A stretch of 64,000 bases of DNA from Clostridium sp. CAG:609 (GCA_000438075.1 FR903546.1:17243-81242), one strand, 5' to 3'; shown: positions 29,585 through 39,151, counted from the stretch's first letter. Translations and numbers: made by a program. Notes: a model not told the origin generated them from the sequence alone.

Positions 29585-29767
29585 ATAAAAGGAGGAAAAA
29601 TTATGGCAAAAAAGGAAAATCGTAGTGAAGTAACTATGAGATGTTCTGTTTGTGGTTTTGAATTACGCCCAGTTAGTAAAAATAAGAAAAATACTCCAGA
29701 TCGTCTTGAATTAAATAGATACTGCCCAAAATGTAGAAAGACAGTAGCTGCTAAAGAAAAGAAATAA
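29585..29767 (+). CDS. rpmG: 50S ribosomal protein L33 (Cys4 zinc-ribbon form)
   Basis: ...RCSVCGFELRPVSKNKKNTPDRLELNRYCPKCRK matches L33; GGAGG RBS; track start at 29576. Confidence 0.7.
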   Translation: MKGGKIMAKKENRSEVTMRCSVCGFELRPVSKNKKNTPDRLELNRYCPKCRKTVAAKEKK

Positions 29768-29786
29768 TAGAAAAGAGGATTAAAAT

Positions 29787-30347
29787 ATGGACATTAATAT
29801 TAATGATATCAAAAATGGTATGACAATTATCATGGATGGTAATTTATATTCAATCGTAGAATTTCAACATGTTAAACCTGGTAAAGGACCTGCTTTTGTT
29901 AGAATTAAAAGAAGAAATTTAAGAACTGGATCAGTTACTGAAGATACATTTAATACAAATATTAAAGTAACTAAAGCTCGTATTGAAAAAGTAAAGGCAA
30001 GTTATCTATACGCAATGGGAGATACTTATGTATTCATGAATAGTGATACATATGAACAATTAGAACTACCCGCATCAGTATTAGGTGATAATGTTAACTT
30101 CATTAAAGAAGGGTTAGAAATTGATATTGATAACTTTGAAGGAGAAATAATTGGTATCTCATTACCAGAAAAAGTTGAATACACAGTAGTAGAAACAGAA
30201 CCAGCAGTAAAAGGCAACACTGCAACTAATGCAAGTAAAGATGCTAAGATTGAAACTGGTTACGTAGTAAAAGTTCCTTTATTTATAAATGAAGGAGAAA
30301 AAATTATAATCTCTACTAAAGATGGAAAATATTCAGGAAGAGCATAA
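29787..30347 (+). CDS. efp: Elongation factor P
   Basis: 186 aa; KPGKGPAFVR loop containing the modified lysine. Confidence 0.85.
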   Translation: MDININDIKNGMTIIMDGNLYSIVEFQHVKPGKGPAFVRIKRRNLRTGSVTEDTFNTNIKVTKARIEKVKASYLYAMGDTYVFMNSDTYEQLELPASVLGDNVNFIKEGLEIDIDNFEGEIIGISLPEKVEYTVVETEPAVKGNTATNASKDAKIETGYVVKVPLFINEGEKIIISTKDGKYSGRA

Positions 30348-30360
30348 TGCTCTTTTTTTG
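30339..30360 (+). terminator. Rho-independent terminator overlapping the efp stop (AGAGCA-TAA-TGCTCT + T7)
   Basis: Hairpin with the stop codon in the loop, then TTTTTTT. Confidence 0.65.
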
Positions 30361-30382
30361 AAAAAAAGGAGGTAGAAAGACT

Positions 30383-31063
30383 ATGGAAAATAAATTTAAA
30401 ATGACACTAGAAGATAATATCTTCTGGGCAAAAAGAAACATAGTAGATACAATATATAAAAATGCAAGGTTAGAAGGAATAAATGTTACATTTTCTCAAA
30501 CTGAAGCAATTATTAATGGGGGAATTATAAATAATTTACCAATTAATGATGTTGAAAAAGTCCTAGGAATGAAACAAGCTTGGGAATTTATAATAAATAC
30601 TATAGATTTACCAGTAACTTATGCTTATATATGTGAAGTTCATAAAATGTGTGCTGTTGATGTTCCAGTTAGCTTGCGAGGTAAACCTAGAAATGTACCA
30701 GTAAATATCGGAGGTACAACTTGGAAACCACAATTTCCTATTGAATCACAACTTCAAGAAGAACTATCTGAAATTCTAAAAATAGAAAATCAAACAGATT
30801 GTGCTCTAAGTATCATGTTTTGGCTTATGCGTAAACAAATATTTCTAGATGGAAACAAAAGAACAGCAATGTTAATTGCCAATAAAATATTAATTTCTAA
30901 TGGATGTGGTATCATTGCCATTCAAGAACAAGATTTAGAAACATTCGGTAAAAAATTAATAAAATTTTATGAAACTAATGATATGACTGATGTTAAAGAT
31001 TTCGTATATAAAAATGAATTAACAGGATTTGATAGCAATAAAGCTGTTCAAGAAAATAACTAA
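30383..31063 (+). CDS. Fic/Doc-family protein, Doc-like motif with His replaced by Gln (QIFLDGNKRTAML)
   Basis: Doc signature HxFx(D/N)(A/G)NKR matched as Q-I-F-L-D-G-N-K-R; 226 aa; no adjacent Phd-like antitoxin. Confidence 0.55.
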   Translation: MENKFKMTLEDNIFWAKRNIVDTIYKNARLEGINVTFSQTEAIINGGIINNLPINDVEKVLGMKQAWEFIINTIDLPVTYAYICEVHKMCAVDVPVSLRGKPRNVPVNIGGTTWKPQFPIESQLQEELSEILKIENQTDCALSIMFWLMRKQIFLDGNKRTAMLIANKILISNGCGIIAIQEQDLETFGKKLIKFYETNDMTDVKDFVYKNELTGFDSNKAVQENN

Positions 31064-31112
31064 AGGGTCAAAAGCTCTTTTTTTGTTTATACAAAAAAAT
31101 AAGTCTTTCGAC

Positions 31113-31562
31113 TTACTTTTCTTCTTCATCTTTTTTTTCTTTCTTAGTCATCTTAGGTTTAACAGATTCCCTAATATCTTGTGTATTCTTCCAAGTCATT
31201 ACTCTGATTAAAACAAGTTCATAACAAATTCTAATAGAGATTGGCCCGAATATCAAACACATTAAGAAACTTACAAAACTTGTAGAAATTAAACCAAAAG
31301 ATAGTAAGATAACAAAAATAGTACTGATAATATAAAGAACTTTAAGAAGTGGTTCAATTAACATAACCTTAAAATCTAATAAATCTTTTAAAGTTTGTAA
31401 TTTTTTAGATACTTCTTTTTTATCTTTAACAAACATAAAGTATACCATGATACCAGCAGCAATAGCAATAATCATAGCAATTACAGTCCATATAAGAGTA
31501 CCAGCAACTTTATTAGCAACTTTACTACTTTCTGTTAAATAATCCCATTGTGCACCATTCAT
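31113..31562 (-). CDS. Hypothetical membrane protein with a Lys/Glu-rich C-terminal tail
   Basis: Three to four TM helices; likely start MNGAQWDYL at 31562. Confidence 0.4.
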   Translation of the reverse strand: MNGAQWDYLTESSKVANKVAGTLIWTVIAMIIAIAAGIMVYFMFVKDKKEVSKKLQTLKDLLDFKVMLIEPLLKVLYIISTIFVILLSFGLISTSFVSFLMCLIFGPISIRICYELVLIRVMTWKNTQDIRESVKPKMTKKEKKDEEEK

Positions 31563-31667
31563 AACATAAAACTCCTTTCTAATATATATTACCAAAAATT
31601 GAAAAATATTACAATATTATTTTGCCAAATTTTAAATTTGTGATAAAATAAATATGGTGAAGTAATA

Positions 31668-32180
31668 GTGATAGAAATAATAAAAAATAAAAATAATCTA
31701 AGTGAATTAGAAATTAACAACATTGTAACCAGAGTTAAAGCATTAATAATAAACAGCAACAACCAAATTTTACTTGGACATTCATATTGTGAATATCAGT
31801 TCCCTGGAGGTCATGTTGAAAATAATGAAGAATTTGCAGATGCATTAAAACGTGAATTAAAAGAAGAAACTGGATTAACTTATAATGTAGATAATATAAC
31901 TCCCTTTGTTTTATTAAAAAGATATTATAAAGAATATCCAACAAAAAATGAAAATACCAAAATAATAATATATTATTATATAATTAAAAGTGACGAAATA
32001 CCAAATTTAAGTAATACCAATTTAACTGATGAAGAAAAAGATGGTAATTTTAAATTAAGGTATGTGCCCCTTGATATTGTGGAAGATGTTTTAAAAGAAA
32101 ATATTGAATCATGTGGAGATGCTCAAGGTATAGCAGAAGAAATGCTCGAAGTTTTAAAAATATACTTTCAAAATGTATAA
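31668..32180 (+). CDS. NUDIX hydrolase
   Basis: Nudix box GGHVENNEEFADALKRELKEETGL; GTG start. Confidence 0.7.
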   Translation: MIEIIKNKNNLSELEINNIVTRVKALIINSNNQILLGHSYCEYQFPGGHVENNEEFADALKRELKEETGLTYNVDNITPFVLLKRYYKEYPTKNENTKIIIYYYIIKSDEIPNLSNTNLTDEEKDGNFKLRYVPLDIVEDVLKENIESCGDAQGIAEEMLEVLKIYFQNV

Positions 32181-32221
32181 AACAAAATGAATTTACCCAT
32201 TAATAAAATAGGTGAATTTAA

Positions 32222-32998
32222 ATGTCTAAATATAAAGTTGATATAACTGGTATTAATACAAGTGAACTACGGGTTTTAACTCAAGGTGAAATGACTAGTC
32301 TTTTTATAATGTATCAAAATGGTTCACTGGATGCTAAAGAAAAATTAATAAATGGTAATCTAAAACTAGTTCTAAGTATTTTAAAAAATTATAATCGAGG
32401 AAACGTTAACATGGATGATTTATTTCAAGTCGGTGTTATTGGCTTAATCAAAGCAATCGATAATTTTGATATAACCTATGGCTTAAAACTATCAACTTAT
32501 GCAGTGCCCCTAATTGAAGGAGAAATAAAAAGATACTTAAGAGATAACACAGCCATGAGAGTAAGCCGAAGTACTAAAGACTTAGCTTATCAAATAATTA
32601 AATTTAAAGATGAATACTTAGTAAACCATGGTCATGAAGCAACTCCAGAGGTTATATCAAAAAATCTTGGTATTGATGAATACTTAATAAGTTATGCCCT
32701 TGATGCTATGAAAGATCCATCATCAATATTTGAACCAATCTATAATGATGGCACAGATACAATTTATTTATTTGATCAAATCGCTGATATCAAAGATAAA
32801 AATAGTGATAAAGATATGATTATATCTCTAAGAAAAGCATTGCAAAAAATAAATGAACGTGAGAAAAATATTTTACTAGAAAGATTTATTGTTGGAAAAA
32901 CTCAAATGGAAATAGCATCAAATCTAGGAATTAGCCAAGCTCAAGTGTCTCGTCTTGAAAAAAGTGCTATCTCAAGTGTTCGTAAATTAATCAAATAA
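32222..32998 (+). CDS. sigG: Sporulation sigma factor SigG (forespore)
   Basis: 258 aa; KVDITGINTSELRVL, DLFQVGVIGLIKAIDNFD, YAVPLIEGEIKRYLRD and SIFEPIYNDG closely match SigG. Confidence 0.8.
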   Translation: MSKYKVDITGINTSELRVLTQGEMTSLFIMYQNGSLDAKEKLINGNLKLVLSILKNYNRGNVNMDDLFQVGVIGLIKAIDNFDITYGLKLSTYAVPLIEGEIKRYLRDNTAMRVSRSTKDLAYQIIKFKDEYLVNHGHEATPEVISKNLGIDEYLISYALDAMKDPSSIFEPIYNDGTDTIYLFDQIADIKDKNSDKDMIISLRKALQKINEREKNILLERFIVGKTQMEIASNLGISQAQVSRLEKSAISSVRKLIK

Positions 32999-33022
32999 AT
33001 CATATAATTAAATGGTGATAAA

Positions 33023-33244
33023 ATGTATTTAAGTGAACTTCAAAATAAAGATATAATCAGTGTTAAAACAGGAATAAATCTAGGAAGAATCATTGATGCT
33101 GAAGTAGATATGAATGGTCATATAATAAATATCGTCGCAGAAAACAAAAAAATATTTAGAAAAGTATGGAAAAATAGTGAAATTACTTTTACATTTAATG
33201 ATATTTCTAAAATAGGTACAGATTGTATACTAGTAAATAAGTAA
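33023..33244 (+). CDS. YlmC/YmxH-family sporulation protein (PRC-barrel)
   Basis: 73 aa; YLSELQNKDIISVKTGINLGRIID...; conserved position downstream of sigG. Confidence 0.7.
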   Translation: MYLSELQNKDIISVKTGINLGRIIDAEVDMNGHIINIVAENKKIFRKVWKNSEITFTFNDISKIGTDCILVNK

Positions 33245-33266
33245 AAAATATGGTACAATATTAGGT

Positions 33267-33728
33267 ATGAAGAAGAAAAGTATAATCATAGCTATTATTG
33301 TATTTTTATTTGATCAACTTATTAAAACAATAGTTAATAAGTCTCTTTATTATGGAGCATTAAAATCAATAATACCAAATTTATTTTATTTAACCAAAGT
33401 CTATAACAAAGGAGCAGCATGGAGTATAATGGAAGGCTCTAGAGCTTTTCTAATAGTCATATCTATCATATGTCTTGTTTGTTTATTCATCTATGAAGGT
33501 AAATTTAAGACTGATAGAAAAGTAAGTTTTGCTTTTGGTCTTATCTACGGAGGCTTGCTTGGTAACTTACTTGATCGTATTAGACTAGGTTATGTAATAG
33601 ATTATCTTAAATTCTATATTATAAAGTATGAATTTCCAGTTTTTAATCTAGCAGATACTGCCTTAGTAATTGGTTTTTTAATACTTATAATATCTATCAT
33701 AAAAGGAAGTGATAAAAATGACTATTAA
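33267..33728 (+). CDS. lspA: Lipoprotein signal peptidase II
   Basis: 153 aa; NKGAAWS and FNLADTALVIG motifs. Confidence 0.8.
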   Translation: MKKKSIIIAIIVFLFDQLIKTIVNKSLYYGALKSIIPNLFYLTKVYNKGAAWSIMEGSRAFLIVISIICLVCLFIYEGKFKTDRKVSFAFGLIYGGLLGNLLDRIRLGYVIDYLKFYIIKYEFPVFNLADTALVIGFLILIISIIKGSDKNDY

Positions 33729-34596
33729 AGCCCTAGAAAGCAACATAAGAATAGATAAGTATTTATCAGGTATTCTAGATGAATCTCGTGAAACTATAAC
33801 AAAAATGATCGAAGAAGGATATATTCTTGTCAATAAAAAAAGTACAAAGCCATCTTACAAATTGAAAGAGACTGATGAAGTAACTGTTAATGATGGTTTT
33901 AAAAAAGAAATGAGTCTTGAAGCAACAAAGATGGATATAGATATAGTTTATGAAGATGATTATTTAATGGTTATAAATAAACCAAGTGGCTTAGTGGTTC
34001 ATCCTGGTAATGGAAATCAATCTAATACCTTAGTAAATGGACTTTTGTATTACACAAAAAACTTAAGTCAAAAAGAAGAATTTAGACCAGGTATAGTACA
34101 TAGATTAGATAAAGATACCAGTGGTCTAATGCTTGTTGCAAAAGATGATAAAACCCATGAATTATTATCAGAAATGTTTAAAGAAAAACAAGTTCATCGT
34201 GAATATATAGCACTTTTAGATGGAGTATTTCCCCAAGAAAAAGCTATAATTGATGCCCCAATTGGAAGAAGCAGGGAACAATTTGATAAAATGGAAGTAA
34301 GAAAAGATGGGAAAAGGGCAGTAACTCATCTTGAAGTAATAAAAAAATATAGTAAAAATACTTTAGTTAGATTAGTACTTGAAACCGGAAGAACTCATCA
34401 AATCAGAGTTCATCTATCATACATAGGTTATCCAGTTCATAATGATCCAGTTTATTCCAAAAAAGAAACAACAGAATTTGGTCAATTCCTTCATTCTGCA
34501 TATTTAAAATTTGTTCATCCCATAACCCATAAGACTCTTGAATTCCAAGAAGACTTACCATTAACTTTCAAAGATTTTATAGATAATCTAGAATAA
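33709..34596 (+). CDS. rluD: Pseudouridine synthase, RluA/RluD family
   Basis: S4-like N-terminus; catalytic HRLDKDTSG. Confidence 0.8.
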   Translation: MIKMTIKALESNIRIDKYLSGILDESRETITKMIEEGYILVNKKSTKPSYKLKETDEVTVNDGFKKEMSLEATKMDIDIVYEDDYLMVINKPSGLVVHPGNGNQSNTLVNGLLYYTKNLSQKEEFRPGIVHRLDKDTSGLMLVAKDDKTHELLSEMFKEKQVHREYIALLDGVFPQEKAIIDAPIGRSREQFDKMEVRKDGKRAVTHLEVIKKYSKNTLVRLVLETGRTHQIRVHLSYIGYPVHNDPVYSKKETTEFGQFLHSAYLKFVHPITHKTLEFQEDLPLTFKDFIDNLE

Positions 34597-34897
34597 TTTT
34601 AATAAGTGTAATTATATTCATTAAAAAGTATGGTACACTTAAAATGGAAAAGTACCCAAGTATTCTTTTAAAATCAATATTTAAAAGTATATTAAAAAGA
34701 AAAAGTAATCCAGCACTAAAAAGAGCAAATAAATAATTTTGAAAATATAAATAAAATAAAAAAGTTGATAAAATAAGCAAGTAATTAGTACCTACGCTAA
34801 ATACTAAAGCATCATCAAATAAATGATAATTATTAATTTTTAAAAGTAAAATAGTAAGTAAAACTAAACTAATTATGTAAAAAATGTAGTGTAACAT
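34577..34897 (-). CDS. Small hydrophobic protein (106 aa), uncertain
   Basis: ORF with three TM-like segments; could be spurious in AT-rich DNA. Confidence 0.25.
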   Translation of the reverse strand: MLHYIFYIISLVLLTILLLKINNYHLFDDALVFSVGTNYLLILSTFLFYLYFQNYLFALFSAGLLFLFNILLNIDFKRILGYFSILSVPYFLMNIITLIKIILDYL

Positions 34898-34961
34898 AAT
34901 ATCACCTCTTTACTAAATATATGTTTTATTGTACAATATTAGAACGAAAGGAAGTAATATA

Positions 34962-36122
34962 ATGAGTAATGTAGCAATTCGTAAAAATGATCAAATAATG
35001 ATGAGCCTAGTTCATTATTTTGTAACTAAACAAGATTACGCTCCGATAAATGTCCAAGGAGTCAAAGATGAAATTTGGTTAGAAAATTTAAATGGACCAT
35101 ATCGTATTATAAGAATAAGTTGTAACTCAATAATAAATGAAGAACAATATAAGTTTGATATCTTCAAAGTAAAACATATCATGAAACAAATAAAGAAAAA
35201 AACATTATCTTTTAAAGTTAATGCTCTAAATATTTGTTTAGATATAAATAAAAAAGTTGATTTAGGGGATATAAAAAATATATCTACCATAAAAGTTGAT
35301 TCAATGAAAGATATAAAGAAGAATGAAGAGTTAAATAAAGCATTTCCAGATATGGAAAAAAGTTTAATCAAAGCAACAGATGGACTTGATTTAATAATTA
35401 ATGTAACAAATGATATTAATGAAAAAACAGCAATTGAAAATAATAAATTTAATTCAGTATTTGCCCCTAAAAAAATAATTGTAACAAACATAATATTATT
35501 TATTTGTTTAGCTTTATACATCATAATGGGCTTTTATGGAGGCAATATATTTGAAATAGAACCAAACACACTAGCATTATTCGGTGCAAATAACATAACT
35601 CTAGTAAAAAGTGGAGAAATTTTTAGATTACTTACTAGTGCATTCTTACATGTTGGTATCATTCATTTAATAGTTAATATGTATTCTTTAATGATTATAG
35701 CATCTCAAGTAGAAAACTTTATAGGTAAAGCAAAATTTATATTTGTATATCTCATGAGTGCCATAAGTGGTTCATTAATGTCACTAGTATTTCTAGGAAA
35801 AAATATTGTTGCTTGTGGTGCAAGTGGAGCATTATTTGGTTTAATGGGTTGTCTTTTATATTTTGGCTATCACTATAGAGTATATTTATCTGATGCAATT
35901 AGAACTCAAATTATTCCAATCATTATCATAAACTTATTTATTGGTTTTTCAATGTCAGGTATTGATAATGCATGTCACATTGGTGGACTTATCGGCGGAT
36001 ACTTAGCTACTATGGCAGTAGGTATCAAAGATAAATCAACTAAACAAGATAGAATAAATGGAAGTATTGTTTTAATACTTTATCTATTATTCTTAAGTTA
36101 CATAGTATTTTTTGTAAAATAA
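34962..36122 (+). CDS. Rhomboid-family intramembrane serine protease with N-terminal cytoplasmic extension
   Basis: GASGALFGLMG (GxSG) and the downstream His in TM6 (ACHIGG); ATG at 34962 preferred over the track TTG at 34929. Confidence 0.75.
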   Translation: MSNVAIRKNDQIMMSLVHYFVTKQDYAPINVQGVKDEIWLENLNGPYRIIRISCNSIINEEQYKFDIFKVKHIMKQIKKKTLSFKVNALNICLDINKKVDLGDIKNISTIKVDSMKDIKKNEELNKAFPDMEKSLIKATDGLDLIINVTNDINEKTAIENNKFNSVFAPKKIIVTNIILFICLALYIIMGFYGGNIFEIEPNTLALFGANNITLVKSGEIFRLLTSAFLHVGIIHLIVNMYSLMIIASQVENFIGKAKFIFVYLMSAISGSLMSLVFLGKNIVACGASGALFGLMGCLLYFGYHYRVYLSDAIRTQIIPIIIINLFIGFSMSGIDNACHIGGLIGGYLATMAVGIKDKSTKQDRINGSIVLILYLLFLSYIVFFVK

Positions 36123-36130
36123 AAACATCG

Positions 36131-36138
36131 AGCAACCT
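36131..36138. repeat. Left target-site duplication AGCAACCT of the IS element
   Basis: Identical 8-mer at 37489-37496 immediately outside the right inverted repeat. Confidence 0.6.
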
Positions 36139-36211
36139 TGAAGTTGTAATATAAATGTAGACATATAAAAACGGTCTACATTTTTTGTTATAATAGAATT
36201 GGAGGAAGAAT

Positions 36212-36562
36212 ATGGCAAGAATTAGAAAAGAACCAAATAGATATTGGTCAAAAGAAGATAAGGAAAAAATAATTAATGAAGTATTATTAAATTGTAAATC
36301 AACTGAACAAGTTGCCAAAGAATATGATATATCAGGTGGAATGCTTAGGGGATGGATAATTAAATATAATAAAGAAGGTTTAGGTGCATTGGAAAACAAA
36401 AAGAAACCTGGAAATCCTTTATGTAAATATTCAAATAAGAAAAATTTAACAGATATAGAAAAACTTCAATATGAAAATATGAAATTAAGAATTGAGAATG
36501 AACGATTAAAAAAAGGATACCTAGTGAAAGGAGATGGTTCAGTTGTAGTATTCAAGAAATAA
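36212..36562 (+). CDS. IS3-family transposase OrfA (HTH + leucine zipper)
   Basis: 116 aa; slippery A7G run at 36508-36515 near its 3' end. Confidence 0.8.
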   Translation: MARIRKEPNRYWSKEDKEKIINEVLLNCKSTEQVAKEYDISGGMLRGWIIKYNKEGLGALENKKKPGNPLCKYSNKKNLTDIEKLQYENMKLRIENERLKKGYLVKGDGSVVVFKK

Positions 36563-37452
36563 AACAAAAAGAATTTGAAATTGTAGAAACATTAAGTAAA
36601 GAATATTCTGTTAAATCATTATGTGAAATAATGAATATTTCTAGAAGCGGTTATTATAAATGGTTAAAAACAAAGGATATATTAAATCAATATGAAATAA
36701 ATCGTAGAGATTTAGAATCTTTAATTAGAGATATTCATAAAAGAAAACCAAGTTATGGCTATCATAGAATAAATTATTTAATACGTAAGGAAACTGGCTG
36801 GGGTGTATCAGATAATTTGGTTCATAAGGTATGTAAGATATTAAAAATAAGAAGTAAAGCTAGACATTATTCCATTTATAAAAAAACAGGTGAAGAATCA
36901 ATTAAATATCCAAATCTTATTAATAATAATTGGAATACTACAAGGCCATTAGAAAAAATAACATCCGATACAACAATGATATGGTTTAAAAAGCAAAGGT
37001 ATGATTGGACTTATTATGTGGATGCATTTGATAATTCAATAATAGGCTCCGATATTAAACCTTTTTATCACGGAGTAAGCATGAAAAACCATAGAGATGC
37101 CTTACAAAATATGTTAAATAGCAAAATAAAAAGAGGATATAAAAGCCAAGATACGATTTTCCACTCTGACCAAGGCACAATATATTCCTCAGTGGCATTT
37201 AATAATGCACATAAAGATTATAACATAATTAGGTCAATGTCAAGAATAGGCACTCCAACAGATAATCCAATAATTGAATCTAAAAATGGTTGGTTAAAGA
37301 AAGAAATATATATAGATTTTAATCAGGATGATTATGATACTGTTGAAGATTATATAAATGCAATTATATATGACCACAATTACTTAAGACCTAGTTATGC
37401 ATTAAATTATAAAACCCCAATTGAGTATAGAACTCAACTAGGGTTTAAATAA
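36511..37452 (+). CDS. IS3-family transposase OrfB (rve / DDE integrase domain), expressed as an OrfAB fusion by -1 frameshift
   Basis: -1 frame open from the slippery site (KRIPSERRWFS...SRSGYYKWL...); DDE region ...HSDQGTIYSS...DNPIIESKNGWLKKE. Confidence 0.75.
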   Translation, partial: KRIPSERRWFSCSIQEIKQKEFEIVETLSKEYSVKSLCEIMNISRSGYYKWLKTKDILNQYEINRRDLESLIRDIHKRKPSYGYHRINYLIRKETGWGVSDNLVHKVCKILKIRSKARHYSIYKKTGEESIKYPNLINNNWNTTRPLEKITSDTTMIWFKKQRYDWTYYVDAFDNSIIGSDIKPFYHGVSMKNHRDALQNMLNSKIKRGYKSQDTIFHSDQGTIYSSVAFNNAHKDYNIIRSMSRIGTPTDNPIIESKNGWLKKEIYIDFNQDDYDTVEDYINAIIYDHNYLRPSYALNYKTPIEYRTQLGFK

Positions 37453-37488
37453 ATGTTTTTTACTGTCTACTTTTTATTGACAACTTCA

Positions 37489-37496
37489 AGCAACCT
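37489..37496. repeat. Right target-site duplication AGCAACCT
   Basis: See 36131-36138. Confidence 0.6.
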
Positions 37497-37509
37497 CGAT
37501 GTTTATTTA

Positions 37510-38136
37510 TTACATTTTTCTATATAAACCAACCGCAACACCTAGAATAGTTACATTATCAAAGATAAATGGAGCCATAGTATCGTTTTCAGGTTGAAGT
37601 CTAATATGGTCTTTTTCTTTATAGAATGTTTTTAATGTTACTTCATTTTCATCAGTCATAGCAACAACAACATCACCATTCTTAGCATTAGATGTTCTCT
37701 TAACAATAACATAGTCATTATTAAGTATTCCTTTATTAATCATAGATTCACCACTAACATGTAGGGTAAATATTTCACCAGTCTTAGGCATTAAACTAGC
37801 TGGTAAATCAAAGAACTCATCAGGTTGTTCGATAGCAGTAATAGGATTTCCTGCAGTAATTTTACCAAGTAATGGTACCTTTACAACACTATCTTTCTTA
37901 TCTGCATATTCATTATCAACAAGTAGTTCAATAGTTCTAAACTTATTATTAGTTTGTCTTAAGATACCCATATTTTCTAAGTTCTTAATATGAACAAATA
38001 CAGTAGCAGGACTACTTAAACCAACGCCTGCACAAATTTCTCTGATTGCTGGTGGATATCCATGTGCAGCAATATACTTTTTAACAAATGTTAAAACATC
38101 TTCTTGTCTTTTTGTAAGTTTTTTTTCTTCTTTCAT
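37510..38136 (-). CDS. lexA: LexA repressor (S24 peptidase)
   Basis: N-terminal winged HTH; cleavage/catalytic region VSGESMINKGI...K. Confidence 0.85.
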   Translation of the reverse strand: MKEEKKLTKRQEDVLTFVKKYIAAHGYPPAIREICAGVGLSSPATVFVHIKNLENMGILRQTNNKFRTIELLVDNEYADKKDSVVKVPLLGKITAGNPITAIEQPDEFFDLPASLMPKTGEIFTLHVSGESMINKGILNNDYVIVKRTSNAKNGDVVVAMTDENEVTLKTFYKEKDHIRLQPENDTMAPFIFDNVTILGVAVGLYRKM

Positions 38137-38210
38137 GATAATATCTCCTTTTCTTAACGTATATTATACAATACTTTTTACGCTTTGTCAAACGTATGTT
38201 TAAAACTTTT

Positions 38211-38222
38211 GCAAATTTTTGT
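38211..38222. promoter_or_regulatory. Candidate LexA (Cheo-like) box AAACGTATGTTT upstream of lexA
   Basis: AAC-N6-GTT palindrome 75 bp upstream of the lexA start; two mismatches from GAAC-N4-GTTC. Confidence 0.35.
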
Positions 38223-38266
38223 TCAAATTAAAAAATGGTGCCAGTAATGAGCAAGTCTAACAACAT

Positions 38267-39151
38267 TTATATGCTAGACTTCAAAATGTTTTTATATTCT
38301 TCATCTAAAATGTCTACAATGATATCATTTTCTAAAACTTGCTTTATAAAGCCTTCATCTTTTGTTTTAATAATTGCATCAACTATTTTTTCTTGGCTTA
38401 TTTGATAAATACTACTTATATATTCACCTAAATAATATACATTTTTGGAATCCACAAAGAAATTATCTAACAAATCGAAATTATAACCTTTGCTATCATA
38501 ATTCATTCCTAAACGCCAAATATTTTCTAAAGCATTATCATAGTTTTTAGCCACATTTACTAAATCATTAAAACAATCTTGATCTATCTTTGGTGTAACT
38601 GGTACAAAAATGTAAGAAGTTATTAGCAACATTAATTCTAAAGCACTCATATTCTTAGCAATATCAATATATGTTTTATTGTGGATTGTTAAATCAACTA
38701 TTCTTTCGTATTCATTTTTGTTATTAATTATTAATTCTTCTAAAGATTTATCTTTGTTTTCAATATTCTCTAATAAAATATTCAAATCTTTTTTATATTT
38801 TTTTCCAACTCTAGAATTTAAAAATATTTTTATTTCATTAATAAGTATATCTTTATTAATTAACTTATTTATATATTTATAAATACTTTTGACAAAAAAA
38901 TTATTTTTTAAAATTACTGAAAAAGACAATTTTTTAATATCTAAATTAATAATTATCTCTCCAGCCTTACCTTTACTAAATTTTGTATTGCTATTTAATT
39001 TAATCTCATATATGTTTTCATCATAAAAAATTTTTAATTTTTTTTCAATCTCTAATTCATCAATTGTTTTAATAATTATTTTATCTTTATCTATTTCATA
39101 CTCAAAAAAAACTTTTTTATTATCAATATATAGACTGATATCTTTAAACAT
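38267..39151 (-). CDS. Hypothetical protein (294 aa), no recognised domain
   Basis: Clean ORF between lexA and the tRNA; Lys/Ile/Asn-rich. Confidence 0.45.
   Translation of the reverse strand: MFKDISLYIDNKKVFFEYEIDKDKIIIKTIDELEIEKKLKIFYDENIYEIKLNSNTKFSKGKAGEIIINLDIKKLSFSVILKNNFFVKSIYKYINKLINKDILINEIKIFLNSRVGKKYKKDLNILLENIENKDKSLEELIINNKNEYERIVDLTIHNKTYIDIAKNMSALELMLLITSYIFVPVTPKIDQDCFNDLVNVAKNYDNALENIWRLGMNYDSKGYNFDLLDNFFVDSKNVYYLGEYISSIYQISQEKIVDAIIKTKDEGFIKQVLENDIIVDILDEEYKNILKSSI

Larger units (their letters stand above)
36139..37488 (+). mobile_element. IS3-family insertion sequence (1350 bp) with ~25 bp imperfect terminal inverted repeats TGAAGTTGT(C)AATA(T/A)AAA(T/A)GTAGACA ... CA
   Basis: IRL 36139-36163 and IRR 37464-37488 align as reverse complements; TG...CA termini; orfA/orfB with -1 frameshift. 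Confidence 0.8.

Noticed and set aside
30383-31063. Doc-Phd toxin-antitoxin pair
   Set aside because: No small antitoxin ORF upstream: efp ends 35 bp before with its own terminator. Treated as a solo Fic/Doc-like gene.
36158-36188. Hairpin TGTAGAC...GTCTACA + T6 just inside the left end of the IS, considered as the rhomboid gene terminator
   Set aside because: It lies inside the IS left inverted repeat region (mirrored at the right end as tgtctac), so it belongs to the element. The native terminator is the split hairpin at 36121-36138 / 37489-37507.
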